Of a stretch of 33,952 nt of DNA, positions 22,378 to 33,952 are shown piece after piece. The number at the start of each line of letters is the position of its first letter. The stretch's first letter is position 1. The notes below the pieces were generated by a model, which was given only the letters and a program-made list of their open reading frames with translations, was not told the origin of the DNA and ran no database searches. Made by a program: the position numbers and the translations under genes. Origin of the DNA: Octopus sinensis (Eukaryota); assembly GCF_006345805.1 (NCBI RefSeq), contig NW_021831897.1:1-33952 (forward strand), written 5' to 3'.

Positions 22378-22381
<4 letters not shown>
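22298..22381 (+). mobile_element. second copy of the PLE terminal segment
   Basis: Direct repeat of 21873-21955, flanked by microsatellite. Confidence 0.8.
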
Positions 22382-22409
<28 letters not shown>

Positions 22410-23430
22410 GTGTGTGGTGTGTGGTGTATATATATAGATATATGCTCATATATATAATATATATATATATATATATTATTATATTAATATATATAATATG
22501 TGTGGTGTGTGTGTGTGTATGTATATAGATATGGCTCATATATATATATAAAATATATGCGCATATATACATGTATACATGCATATATGTATAAGTACAT
22601 GTATGTATGTAGATATGTGCGTTTGTTTTTGTGTGTGTTTGTATGTGTGTGTATGTCTATTACATTAAAATAGCCACCTTTGTATTATACTTAATGTGTA
22701 TATACTGTTGGTATGTCATTTACTGCAGTATTTGTCTTGAGATAACACCTTATATGGATATACTGTTTACGAAACTCGGGCGGAGATAACACGTCGACTC
22801 ACACGTGGTGGCCAGTTGAGATTCTCTTAGCCTTTTCAATGACGTATAATTGCAATCATCCAGGTATGTATAAACGGGATTCATTCACCGTATACCAAAT
22901 CCACTTTCCAGGTAGGAAAGAGTGAGCCATACATACACTGGTGTTGCGAATAGCAACTCGGCTAGATAAAAATCCGGTATACGCAATTGAGGCAATATCA
23001 GATTTTAAAAAAGGCCTTTATGTATCATAATTAATTTATATACAGTGCAGGTATGTCAGTTGCTGCTATATTTGCCCTTAAGATAATACCTCATATGAAC
23101 GTGCAGTGTTAAAATAATAATTGTCGGTTACAGACGAAAACACGCTGGATGCATATTGGTCTATGGGCTTTTCACTGGCGTGTGTACACAGTGAGACACA
23201 CGCTTAAATGAGAATTAGAAACAGTGAATAAAATATTATCTGTTGTTGCAAATAACTATCCAACTGAATAAAGCTCCAGGATACTCAAGTAGAGGTAGTG
23301 TTAAATTAAATATTTATCAATTAATTCAAATATTTATCATTTGTCGGGCCGACAAATCAATTTGGACAAACGTACGCGGTTGGATAAGCAGTTCGTGCAG
23401 CACTTGACGAAGAATTCTTTTACATATTTA

Positions 23431-23675
23431 CTCTTTTATTCTTTTACGTATTTCAGTCATTTGACTGCAGCCATGCTGGAGCATCGCCTCGAAGCGTTTT
23501 AGTCGAATAAATCGATCCCAGGGCTTATTTGTTAAGCCTAGTACTTATTCTGTCGGTCTCCTTGGCCTAACTGCGAAGTTACGGGAATGCAAACACACCA
23601 AGGCGGGTTGTCAAGCGCTGATGAGGGGGGATAAAACAGACATAGAGATACATACATAGATATATACATACATAA

Positions 23676-23719
<44 letters not shown>

Positions 23720-23883
23720 TTATTTATTTATGCATGTATGTATGTATGTATACACGGGATTCATTCACCGTCTACCAAATCCACTCAAAAGGCTCTGGTA
23801 GGCCCGAGGCTACAGTAGAAGACACTTGTCCAAGGTACCACGCAGTGGGCCTGAAGCTGGAATCATGTAGTTAGGAATCAAAC
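23431..23883 (-). mobile_element. SINE family A
   Basis: Collinear with 17286-17692; the 5'-most part is missing. Confidence 0.85.
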
Positions 23884-24019
23884 ATCAGAGCTCGGGTAGT
23901 TCTGTGATAGACAAGCAATCAAATCTGGTTCAGGCTTATATCAGGAACAAGATGGTAGTTATAGTTTCAATCGAGATGACAACTACACACGCGCGCGCAT
24001 GTAGATTTTAAAAAATCTG

Positions 24020-24335
24020 GTACACGGTCGGTTGCGACGACAATGGTTCCAGTCTATCTGATCAACGGAACAATCTGCTCGTGAAATTAACGTGCAGGTG
24101 GCTGCGCACTCCACATACCCGTGTATCCATTAGCATATTTCTCACGGTGATTCAGCGTGACACGGAATGTGACAAAATTGGTAATTTGAATCACAGATCT
24201 TTTCGCCAGCTGAGTAGACTGGAGCAACCAGAAATATAACGTCTTCCTCAAGGAAACAAGGTGTCGCCCAGAATCGAACTCGTTACCTAACACTCTCAGT
24301 TGAATACCCGTAACCACTAAGCAACGTGCCTTCAC
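24020..24335 (-). mobile_element. SINE family B
   Basis: Collinear with 7325-7647 (cggttgcgacgac...caacggaaca..ctgctcgtgaaattaacgt...ctggagcaac). Confidence 0.85.
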
Positions 24336-24645
24336 TCCACCCATACACACACATACACATATTTGTGTCAGTGTATGAATGTGTGTGTATATGCATGCCT
24401 AATTATCTAATCATTTACACACATATTCATGGTTTTTACTGAATATTTATTTATCTAGAGGCCCATCAAATCAAGTTATAGTCGTTTTTCCGGTTGCCGA
24501 TATTAAAATGAATATAAAAAATAAATTTAATTATTCATCCGCAAAATATTTGTTTGAATTGCAAAACATTCACGACAACAATATACATATAACATATATT
24601 ATGTATATATATGTATATATTATGTATATGTATTATGTATATATG

Positions 24646-24680
<35 letters not shown>

Positions 24681-25359
24681 ATATATATATATATATATAT
24701 AATATATATATTCAAAATGTATCACACACCATTATGCCAGGGATGGAAATCGAAAGGTAAATAGACACAAAATATTTGGTTCCAGTGACATGTTTATGGA
24801 AATATTTTGACTCAGCTCCATTTTACTTTTCTTCCGTAGGTGTAAGGCATGCTCACCGCATGAAATGTTTGGAGACAAAGTAGGAGTAATTTTTAAAAAA
24901 AATATAAAATGGTTTCGGGGTAATTAGAGTAATTATTTGTCCATTGGTCAGATCATGTAACGTGGTTGTTGTGACTCTCATAGCGACATCAGTTATTTTA
25001 TTGTAAAGCCCACATGATGCAGACAGGTTGTTGGCGTTACTTGGTCGGTATTCTGCAAGATGATACATTTGCAACAAGAGTTCTTTACATTTGACACTCA
25101 CGTGGTAGGGAAGACAAGAAGTGTCAATCTGTCATTTTCTGTATGTGTTACACAGTTATTATGTGGAAAGGAGCTGATTTTCTGGTAACAGATTACAAAT
25201 GAGCTAGCGTGACCAACATGAGTAGCCTGTAATCTGTTCTGGCAGCAGCAATTACTTGAAGTTAATTAAAAGAGCTGCCGCTAATAGCAACAATGAAATA
25301 AGCCACTTTTCTTATTGATGTCCTGGTTGAGTATGTGCAGGGGACCTGTTAAGGATGCG

Positions 25360-26180
25360 CTACCTGATATTGGAGAAGTCGCTTCAAAGGTCTTGGTGTC
25401 TCCAGATGAAGAGTTATAGAGAGGTGGAGTTTTCCCTATCCCTACACCTGAAAGTGAGCAAATGCTGCGTGTATTTTTAATGTAATTGGCTGTCGTGCCA
25501 GTTTATTATCTTTTGATGTCATCGGATGATATCAAGGTGACATTATGACCACAACCTTTGTAAGACAGGTACCTCCCACCAGGCATTTAATAGAATTTTG
25601 GAGTTACATATTTGAATGTAGGAAGGAGATTGTACGTATGGATGTTTGCATCTGTAGCAGCGTATAATGTTGGGAGCGATATCAGCATAAGTAGCGTTAA
25701 CATTAACGATATGGGAATTAAAGATTTTATGATGCATATATGGCTTCTTGGTAAATGCTTTTTAATTAGCGCCAGAAAGCTATTAACTATAGAAGTGGAA
25801 ACCTGCAAATTGAATGCAGAATTACTTTAGTCTTTCTAATTTCAAGTTCGGTGTGTGTGGATATACTTTAGAAATTGTCTTATCCTGAAAGCAATTCCTG
25901 TGTAGCGTCTCGTCATAATGTGGTGAAGTCTCGTCATAATGTGGTGAAGTCTCGTCGAAAATCTCTATGCTCTCTGATAGAGGTGAGATTCTACTGATTA
26001 TATCTGCGTCTAGTGTCTAACTATAGCTAGGTGGGGTTAGTGCATCTTTGAAGTTAAGGTAATACTTGCACGTGGTGGGATCTAGAGTTACATCCAGGAA
26101 GTTGACCTTTGTTAAATTAATGGTAACCGTTATGTTTATCATGGATTCTTTGAAGTAAGTGTATGACATACATTCTGAAC
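25360..26180 (-). mobile_element. Neptune-like Penelope element pseudo-ORF (RT C-terminus to EN)
   Basis: INLTKVNFLDVTLDPTTCKY; IFDETSPHYDETSPHYDETL; STSIVNSFLALIKKHLPRSH; HKIFNSHIVNV; KCLVGGTCLTKVVVI; TGTTANYIK. Many stops. Confidence 0.8.
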
Positions 26181-26899
26181 TTATAGTAGATATATTTATA
26201 TTTATAAAGATTTATGCGAAAACCGGATGTAGTTCATAGTCAGAGGTGTAATATACAAAAACTGTATTGGGAAATATAAATGAGGATTGGATGAATAACA
26301 TTGGTATTATTTAGGAATAAAATTAGGATATAATTTCTGGTGTTCGAAGAAAAAATATTTTGTTTTTAAAATATAAGGTGTATAAAAACTATATCATACT
26401 CACCAAATGTTGCTAAATGGTAGAGAAATTAAAAACGGTGTTACAGGATAAACTCCCTAGGTCAAAATTTGAGTGACTAGTTATCTCCCTTTATTTCATA
26501 AACACTATATGTGTACTTATGTCATTCGATATTTTAAAAATAAGAGGAAAAATAGCTTGTGCTTCACTTTAGTAATATGTATATAAGTTATATGGATAAA
26601 ATAGATATCAATACGTACGTGTGGTTTAAATTTTCATATTTATATATTGAAATATATTAAAAGTACCAAGAGTCATAAATGCGTGATTATAATATTTTAT
26701 GAAAATAAAAATAAACTATAAAGCATTCAAAATCCTGGATTTGTGTAAAAATGGGATGGTGTTAAAAATATATATATAGGTTTGGTGTTTATTTAATGTT
26801 AATTATATTTATATTCTATCTAACAATGAGATAGATATTATAGAGTAGAAGTAAAATTAAAGTAAATTGTTGAAGGGTATAATTACCCTTCAATACTTT

Positions 26900-27138
26900 C
26901 TCTTTTACTCTTTTACATGTTTCAGTCATTTGACTGTGGCCATGCTGGAGCACCGCCTTCAGTCGAGCAAATCGACCCCAGGACTTATTCTTTGTAAGCC
27001 TAGTACTTATTCTATCGGCCTCTTTTGTCGAACCACTAAGTTACGGGGACGTAAACACAACAACATCGGTTGTCAAGCGATCTTGGGGGGACAAATACAG
27101 ATACACAAACACACACACAGACACAGACACACACACAC

Positions 27139-27209
<71 letters not shown>

Positions 27210-27360
27210 CATATATACGTTTCCGTCTACCAAATCCACTCACAAGGCTTTAGTCGACCCGAGTAGAAGACACTTGCCCAAGATGCCACGCAGTGGGAAT
27301 TTACCCCAGAGCCATGTGGTTCGTAAGCAAGCTACTTGCCACACAGCCACTCCTACGCCT
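26900..27360 (-). mobile_element. SINE family A, full-length
   Basis: Collinear with 17286-17692, with a longer internal (CA)n. Confidence 0.9.
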
Positions 27361-27520
27361 ATGGTTAAATTAATATGTATATTTATACTGGTATTATATA
27401 TATTTATATTTATATATTCGTGTTAAAAATGGTTTATATAATGATTGTTATAATAAATAATTGTACTATTATAATTATTTGTCATTTAAAATGTGGGTTA
27501 TATGTAGAATATCTCTTTTG

Positions 27521-27702
27521 ATATTTTGTGGTTATTTTGTTCATGCTATTCCTTTTATATTTGTTCTTATAGTTATATCTTTTAATCTTTTAATTTGCAT
27601 TACTTTTCCAAATACAAGAACCATCTTTTAAATTTTTCTTTTCCATTTCTTTCTTTACTTTTTAATATACATATATATATATTATACATACATATATTAT
27701 AG

Positions 27703-27737
<35 letters not shown>

Positions 27738-27901
27738 CATATCGATAGATATATATATATATATCTATATATTATATATATATATTATAAGATATATATA
27801 TATATATATATATGTTAATATAATATATACATATATATATATATATATTGTATATATATATATATATCATATAATATGTATGATATATAATATAATATAT
27901 A

Positions 27902-27965
<64 letters not shown>

Positions 27966-28152
27966 GTGTGTATGTATGTATGTATAAATATATATATATG
28001 TATATTAAAAAGTAAAGAAAGAAGAAATGGAAAGAAAAAGTTAAAAGATTAGTTCATTGTATTGGAAAAGTAATGCAAATTAAAAGATTAAAAGATATAA
28101 CAATAAGAACAAGTATAAAAGGAACAGCATGAACAAAATAACCACAAAATAT
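27521..28152. repeat. inverted repeat, ~150-bp arms around a (TA)-rich spacer
   Basis: 27521-27668 is the reverse complement of 28001-28152, with scattered substitutions and indels. Confidence 0.9.
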
Positions 28153-28289
28153 AAACGCGAAACCGTTCATTTCTTCTAAACTATGCCATTGTATGAAAAA
28201 AATTTATAACATTCTTCAGACATATTGACTCAAATATATATTTTTTAACCTTTTAAAACAAGCCTTCTGTAGTTTTTTCACTTTTACTA

Positions 28290-28324
<35 letters not shown>

Positions 28325-28336
28325 ATATAATATATA

Positions 28337-28375
<39 letters not shown>

Positions 28376-28649
28376 TCATATATGCATATCATATTTACTT
28401 TTATACACACACACACACCTGCATGCACATGTGTATCCGTGTTAGTTTATACACGTATATTCATTTTTTTTAAATACTGAATTAGCTTTTCTTCAATATT
28501 GAATATCGTATCTAGAGGGCCCTGAAACGAAATAGTGATGATATTCATGAATGTTGACATAGAGATGAAATTGGTAAAAAAAAATTTAATAATTCCCTTG
28601 AAGTATCTGTTTGAAGTGCATGCTACTGTCAACCATGATGTTTGAAGCA

Positions 28650-28662
28650 TCATCCACATCTG

Positions 28663-28741
<79 letters not shown>

Positions 28742-28762
28742 GACTGTCTGTATGTCTGTCTG

Positions 28763-28829
<67 letters not shown>

Positions 28830-28841
28830 GACTGTCTGTAG

Positions 28842-28874
<33 letters not shown>

Positions 28875-28876
28875 TA

Positions 28877-28911
<35 letters not shown>

Positions 28912-29409
28912 TATCTATCTATCTATTGCACTGTCTGTATGTCTGTCATGTCTATCTATATTATCTATCTATCTATCATCTATCTATCTATCTATATATC
29001 TATCTATCTATCTATGCTTATTTGCCAAAAAAAAAAAAAAAAAAAAAAAGAAATATAAATGTACTCATTGACCGAGGTTTACCGTGGTATTTCAGTAGGC
29101 TTTTCTTTCCACGGGTAAACCTCACCTGTCCTCCCCCTTACACTTCTATCTGACATTTCTGTGATAACGATCCTATTGATCATTTTTTTTTACTCTCCCC
29201 CTTTTTTTTTTGTTTTAACCCCCTTTTTTTGTCCTCTTCTCTCCTTTTACGATCCTTTGATCGAAACTCCCCTTCCTTTTTTTTTTTTTTTTTTTTTTAA
29301 CCTTAAGAAAGCTCTACCTTGTAATTGTTCTATCTGTTGTGCAGCCCTGTGTGGGCTAATAAGAAACATATCTATCTATCTATCTATCTATCTGTCTGTC
29401 TGCTGTTAC

Positions 29410-29449
<40 letters not shown>

Positions 29450-29758
29450 TATCAATCTTTCTATATATCTATCTATCTATCTATTATCTATCTATCTATT
29501 CTATCTATCTATCTATCGGTCTGTCTGTTGTTCTACCTATCTATCTATCTATCTATCTATTATCTAATCTATCTATCATCTATCAATATTTATATCTATC
29601 ATATCTATCTATCTATCTATCTATATCTATCGATCTATCTATCTATCTATCGATCTGTCTATATCTATCTATCTATCTATCTATCATCTATCTCTATCTA
29701 TCTATGTATTCTATCTCTGTCTCTGTATGTCTGTCTGTCTGTCTATCTATCTATCTGT

Positions 29759-29797
<39 letters not shown>

Positions 29798-30125
29798 ATT
29801 GTCTATATCTATTTCTATCTATCTATCTATCTATCTGTCTGTCTGTCTGTCTATCTATCTGTCTGTCTGTCTATCTACCTATCGAAATGTCAGCCTGTCT
29901 GCCTATCTTTATATACGCATACACGTATCCTAGTTGTGTGTCTGTGTGTGTGTTTGCATATGTGTGTCTGTGTGTGTGTTCTATATATATATATGTGTGT
30001 GTGTGTGTGGCTGTGTGTATGTGTGTGCATGCGTGTGTGTGTGTATATATGCGTGCACACACAGTCACCAACGTTATATACATAGACACTCTCACATATA
30101 CATTCACACATGTATGTATGTATGT
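28650..30125. repeat. large (TATC)n/(TGTC)n/(TG)n array interrupted at ~29020-29370
   Basis: Direct reading; the 324-aa ORF here is an artefact. Confidence 0.95.
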
Positions 30126-30174
30126 TCTCATTTAATGTAGGATTTCAGTCACTTTCTAAAGATTTCAAAAGAAG

Positions 30175-30339
30175 GGTGGTTGTGTGGTAAGTAGCTTGCT
30201 TACCAACCACATGGTTCCGGGTTCAGTCCCACTGCGTGGCATTTTGGGCTAGTGTCTTCTAGTATAGCCTCGGGGCCGCCCAAAACCTTGTGAGTGGTTT
30301 TGGTAGACGGAAACTGAAAGAAGCCCGTCGTTATATATG

Positions 30340-30392
<53 letters not shown>

Positions 30393-30652
30393 TGTATATA
30401 TATATACAATATATATACAATGTGTGTGTGTGTGTGTGGGTGGTGTGTGTGTCTGTGTTTGTCCCCAACATTTGACAAACGATGCTGATGTGTTTACGTC
30501 CCGTAACTTAGCGGTTCGGCAAAAGACCGATAGAATAAGTACTAGGCTTACAAACAATAAGTCCTGGAGTCGATTTGCTCGACTAAAGGCGATGTTCCAG
30601 CATGGCCACAGTCAAATGACTGAAACAAGTAAGAGAGTAAAAGAGTAAAGAG
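30175..30652 (+). mobile_element. SINE family A, near full-length
   Basis: gtggttgtgtggtaagtagcttgcttacc...ggttcagtccc head, internal TA/TG tract, (AAAGAGT)n tail. Confidence 0.92.
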
Positions 30653-30914
30653 TTACGTTAAAAAATGTGATCGATTTTCCTTATCAATAGTTAAGAAAGT
30701 ATGGTGCATAATTTTTGAATTCAGTCACTTCCAAGCGCTTGTAAGGCAGTATATCTCACCTCGTTTATCGTGGGCGTTTGTTTATAAATGACAAAAGAAA
30801 AACACCATTTTCAATGTATAAATTGTAAATCAATGAAACAGTTAGGGGTTGATGAGTTACATTGCATGACTCTACGTTGACCCCTGACTTACCCAAATAT
30901 CGTCTCCAAACAGA

Positions 30915-31124
30915 TAATTTTTTCTTACTCTGGCACAAAACCAATAATTTTTGAACGGTGGGGAAGTTGATTATATCAACCTCAGTGCTTAACTGATACC
31001 TATTTTATCGATCCCAAAAGGACAAATGGTAAAACCGAGGTCTGGGTAATTTGAACGTAAGGACGGACAAAATGCTTATGGGCATTTTGTCCATCGCGCT
31101 AACGATTCTGCTAGCTCACCGCCT
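30915..31124 (-). mobile_element. SINE family C, diverged
   Basis: ...gctaacgattctgctagctcaccgcctt end and tattttatcgatcccaaaagg core match 14670-14901. Confidence 0.7.
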
Positions 31125-31199
31125 TGACCTCCAAGCAAATTTTAACACACATATGCAAATGCTCACTCGATGTCTCGTATTACATTGCGCGCATAAGTA

Positions 31200-31986
31200 C
31201 AGGCTTGGACAAGGAGATTATGAATTCGTAAAAGTCAACACACTTCCAACGCCTTCACATTTCTTTAGAGGAAGTCCTGCTTTAGAGGTTGATTGTGTTG
31301 GTTCGCGGCGCTCACTCACAATCATTTGTGTTTCACGTTGTCATAGACCATCCATTTTTCGTTCTGTTATCATTCTCTCCCAAAAAGATTATTTTCTTCA
31401 CGTTTGTGCAAAGAATCGCAAATAGAAATCTGTTGGACTAGAGTAACCTCGGGATTCGAACATGGAGCCTGCTGAGATAATCAAGTTGATATACATGGTT
31501 TTTCAACACATGGTTTGCATGTTTGGGAATTTCGGCGATCATCTTGGTTGTGCAGTTCGGTTGATGTCGACTAACTCCTTCATTTTGTTGCTGATAATCT
31601 CATTTGATGGTCAGAGCGAGGTGTATCTTGAGCAGAAAATTTTCCAGTCGAAATCTTGAAAAGCACTTCTTGCACACACGTTTCGTAACAACATTCACCC
31701 CGTGCACAGGGCATTTCTTCCCGCAGGTTCCCACCACTTTCTTGCCTTTTTAAAATACAAATGTATGAGGTGTCGATAATGTTTCTTTTGGCCCGCCATT
31801 TTCAGAGTGATCCCAAATACATAAAATACAACTTGTCTCATCAAAACTTCGCGTACAACTACGTTGAAGTATCAAGTATTTAAGGAGAGCTCATGAGCAA
31901 GAGACAGACTGAAGTTAACTACTTATTAGAGTGCTTGAAGTTTAGTGTCAACAAAAAACCGAACAGACTTTCTGGCTAACTCAATA
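31200..31986 (-). mobile_element. mariner (mellifera-like) 5' half with TIR
   Basis: ATG at 31799: MAGQKKHYRHLIHLYFKK; VTKRVCKKCFSRFR; later YDNVKHK..SERREPTQSTSKAGL. TIR at 31954-31986 (tattgagttagccagaaagtctgttcggttttt on -) resembles 513-546. Confidence 0.85.
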
Positions 31987-32631
31987 AAGGCATATTCTGA
32001 TATCTCTCTGCTCGATCCCTCTCTACCCTCTCGTCCGTCTCTGTCTTTTGTTGCCAGCTTGCGTACCACTTCCTGCTTTCACTCAGACCAATGATCTATT
32101 TTATACCTTTCAGCCCGTCTAGCGAACTTACATATAATTCTGCTATCCGTTATTAGCCTAAGAATATCATCCAAACATTTGTCATGTATGTTTTCCTTTA
32201 ATATCATACTTGTTGCACTACTGTTTTATTTTGTATCGTCTTATTAAAATAGGGAGCGAGTAATATTTTAAGTTTTGTTAGAAAATATTTGTTTTATTTA
32301 ATTTAATCTTGTTTTTGTTTTTGCTAACCAAGTCATTAGTATTAATAACACACCCTTTACCAATTATTTCTGACCCAGACGGCATTTTTTTCCTGTTTCT
32401 CTGCTTCGTCTTCCCTATATCAATTTTCTAGCGACCAAATTCAAAGGTAGGCAGTTCTGTCGTGAGGTACTGAAACTGCCAGAATCCTTATTGAGGCAGA
32501 TGAGGGAGGTTAAGTTCACGTTTCATTTGTATTTATATACATACAGTTTATACAAACACATAAATATATTTCCATATAGAATGTGTATATGCCGGAGCCT
32601 ATGTATGTATATATATATATGAGTGTGTGTG

Positions 32632-32660
<29 letters not shown>

Positions 32661-32670
<10 letters not shown>

Positions 32671-32857
32671 TCCTCCTCCGCCTTTCGCTTGACAACCGAT
32701 GTTGGTGTGTTTACGTCCCCGAAACTTAGCGGTTCGGCAAAAGCGTCCGATAGAATAAGTACTACAATTACAAATAAGTCCTGGGATCGATTTGTTCGAG
32801 TAAATGGGGTGCTCCAGCATGGCCGCTGTCAAATGACTGAAACAAAAGAATAAAAGA
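32661..32857 (+). mobile_element. SINE family A, 3' half
   Basis: Matches 30450-30652; starts at a (TG)n tract. Confidence 0.88.
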
Positions 32858-33130
32858 CTATAAATATATATATATATTTATACATTTACACACACACACA
32901 CAGATACACACACACACACACAATGCATAGACACGCACACACGCACACACACACATATACATACATACATAGGCTCGGGTATATACACATTCTACATGGA
33001 AATATATTTGTGTTTGTATAAACTGTGTGTATATAAATACATTTGCGTATATACATATCTGTCTATATCTATATCCATATGTGTGTTTTTGTGTTTGTGT
33101 GTGTATACACACACACACACACACACACAC

Positions 33131-33164
<34 letters not shown>

Positions 33165-33952
33165 CTTACATATATGTATACTTGACTATAAAAACATTTA
33201 TGTGTCTATGCTTGTTATGGAGGGTTTCTATGTTTATCCAAGTATAAGGACACGGCTTGTATACGTATACATAAAACAGTGATTCAGGAATAAGATTTCA
33301 TTTCCTATAGATCGATATACATTTTTAAAAATTACATTAACTTGTATAAATAATGTGATATAATAAAATCATACCTATTTATTGAATCTAACAACAAAAA
33401 TTCCGACGATAGACGGACCAAACATATGGCATTTTAATGAAGCTATTGCGATTATTCTAGGTGTTCATTGAGAATAACGTATGAATCCTGTGCTATAATA
33501 GTTCATATACCATAGAAACAATAGATTTTAATGTCCATAACCGGTTTTTGGACAACAGCGCTGTTTGTGTCGATCATTTACACAAAGCTAAAAGTTCACA
33601 TTAAAGAAAGGTCGCATAGGGGTTATTACAGAGCACGAATCGGCGATACTGTAAGACAGAACAGGAATAATATCAAATGTTTACTTGCTAACCGTTTTAT
33701 AATGCAGAAACCCTAATACATTGGTCTATCTAGGAAGCGTTCAAAAAGAACTTGGAAATGTGAAGAACTATATTTTAGAAATATATATTTCATTATATTT
33801 TGAAGTTATACGTACGTAAAACTGTTTGGTTATACATACAAATTAGCGGGCAATTTCACTAGTTGCGATCATACAGCTATAAAGTTGTCCCAAAATTTCG
33901 TAGAAAGTCTTGGAAAATAATGTCTTTATTTTGAGGAATAATTTTGTTGTTT

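Noticed and set aside
23050-23150. H/ACA snoRNA reading of the second 50-bp repeat copy
   Set aside because: The H-box-like ATATGA is present in only one copy and the second hairpin is very weak.
23339-23357. 19-nt palindrome atttgtcgg-g-ccgacaaat (also ccgctgcagcgg at ~6915)
   Set aside because: Too short to distinguish from chance in 34 kb; no supporting context.
24841-25180. Exon-like signals: + acceptor cttttcttccgtag| at 24840 (CKACSPHEMFGDK) and - donor CAC|GTGAGT near 25101
   Set aside because: Each has only one strong splice site, the peptides are unrecognisable, and phases do not link to other candidates.
29161-30135. 324-aa ORF and the many other long ORFs rich in Y/I/H/T/C/V/M/L/S
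   Set aside because: They are translations of stop-free microsatellites (TATC, TA, CA, TATG), not genes.
30893-30929. - strand 37-nt exon candidate ending TGG|GTAAGT
   Set aside because: Its acceptor lies in a SINE family C tail; there is no evidence of a host gene.
513-31986. Two related mariner TIRs at the window ends as a giant composite transposon
   Set aside because: Both TIRs read in the same direction on + and are diverged from each other; they belong to separate copies.

Overview
AT-rich eukaryotic DNA saturated with microsatellites and decayed transposons. The tRNA-derived SINE families and repeat landscape look like an octopus (coleoid cephalopod) genome; this is recalled, not database-verified. 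No intact long protein-coding ORF is present, and most ORFs in the supplied track are microsatellite artefacts. Supported content: about 15 SINE copies from three families; four Penelope-like element (PLE) relics; R4-clade and HERO-like RLE non-LTR relics; mariner relics; and a TIR-complete, internally deleted Tc1 inserted into the YIG codon of a PLE endonuclease. A few candidate short exons of an unidentified gene lie near the left end. The most interesting signals are (i) a pre-miRNA-like hairpin at 4084-4174 just downstream of a consensus splice donor, (ii) a ~150-bp-arm palindrome at 20046-20356 carrying two head-to-head minimal hammerhead ribozyme motifs, and (iii) a second long inverted repeat at 27521-28152. 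I found nothing I can honestly call a new biological system.
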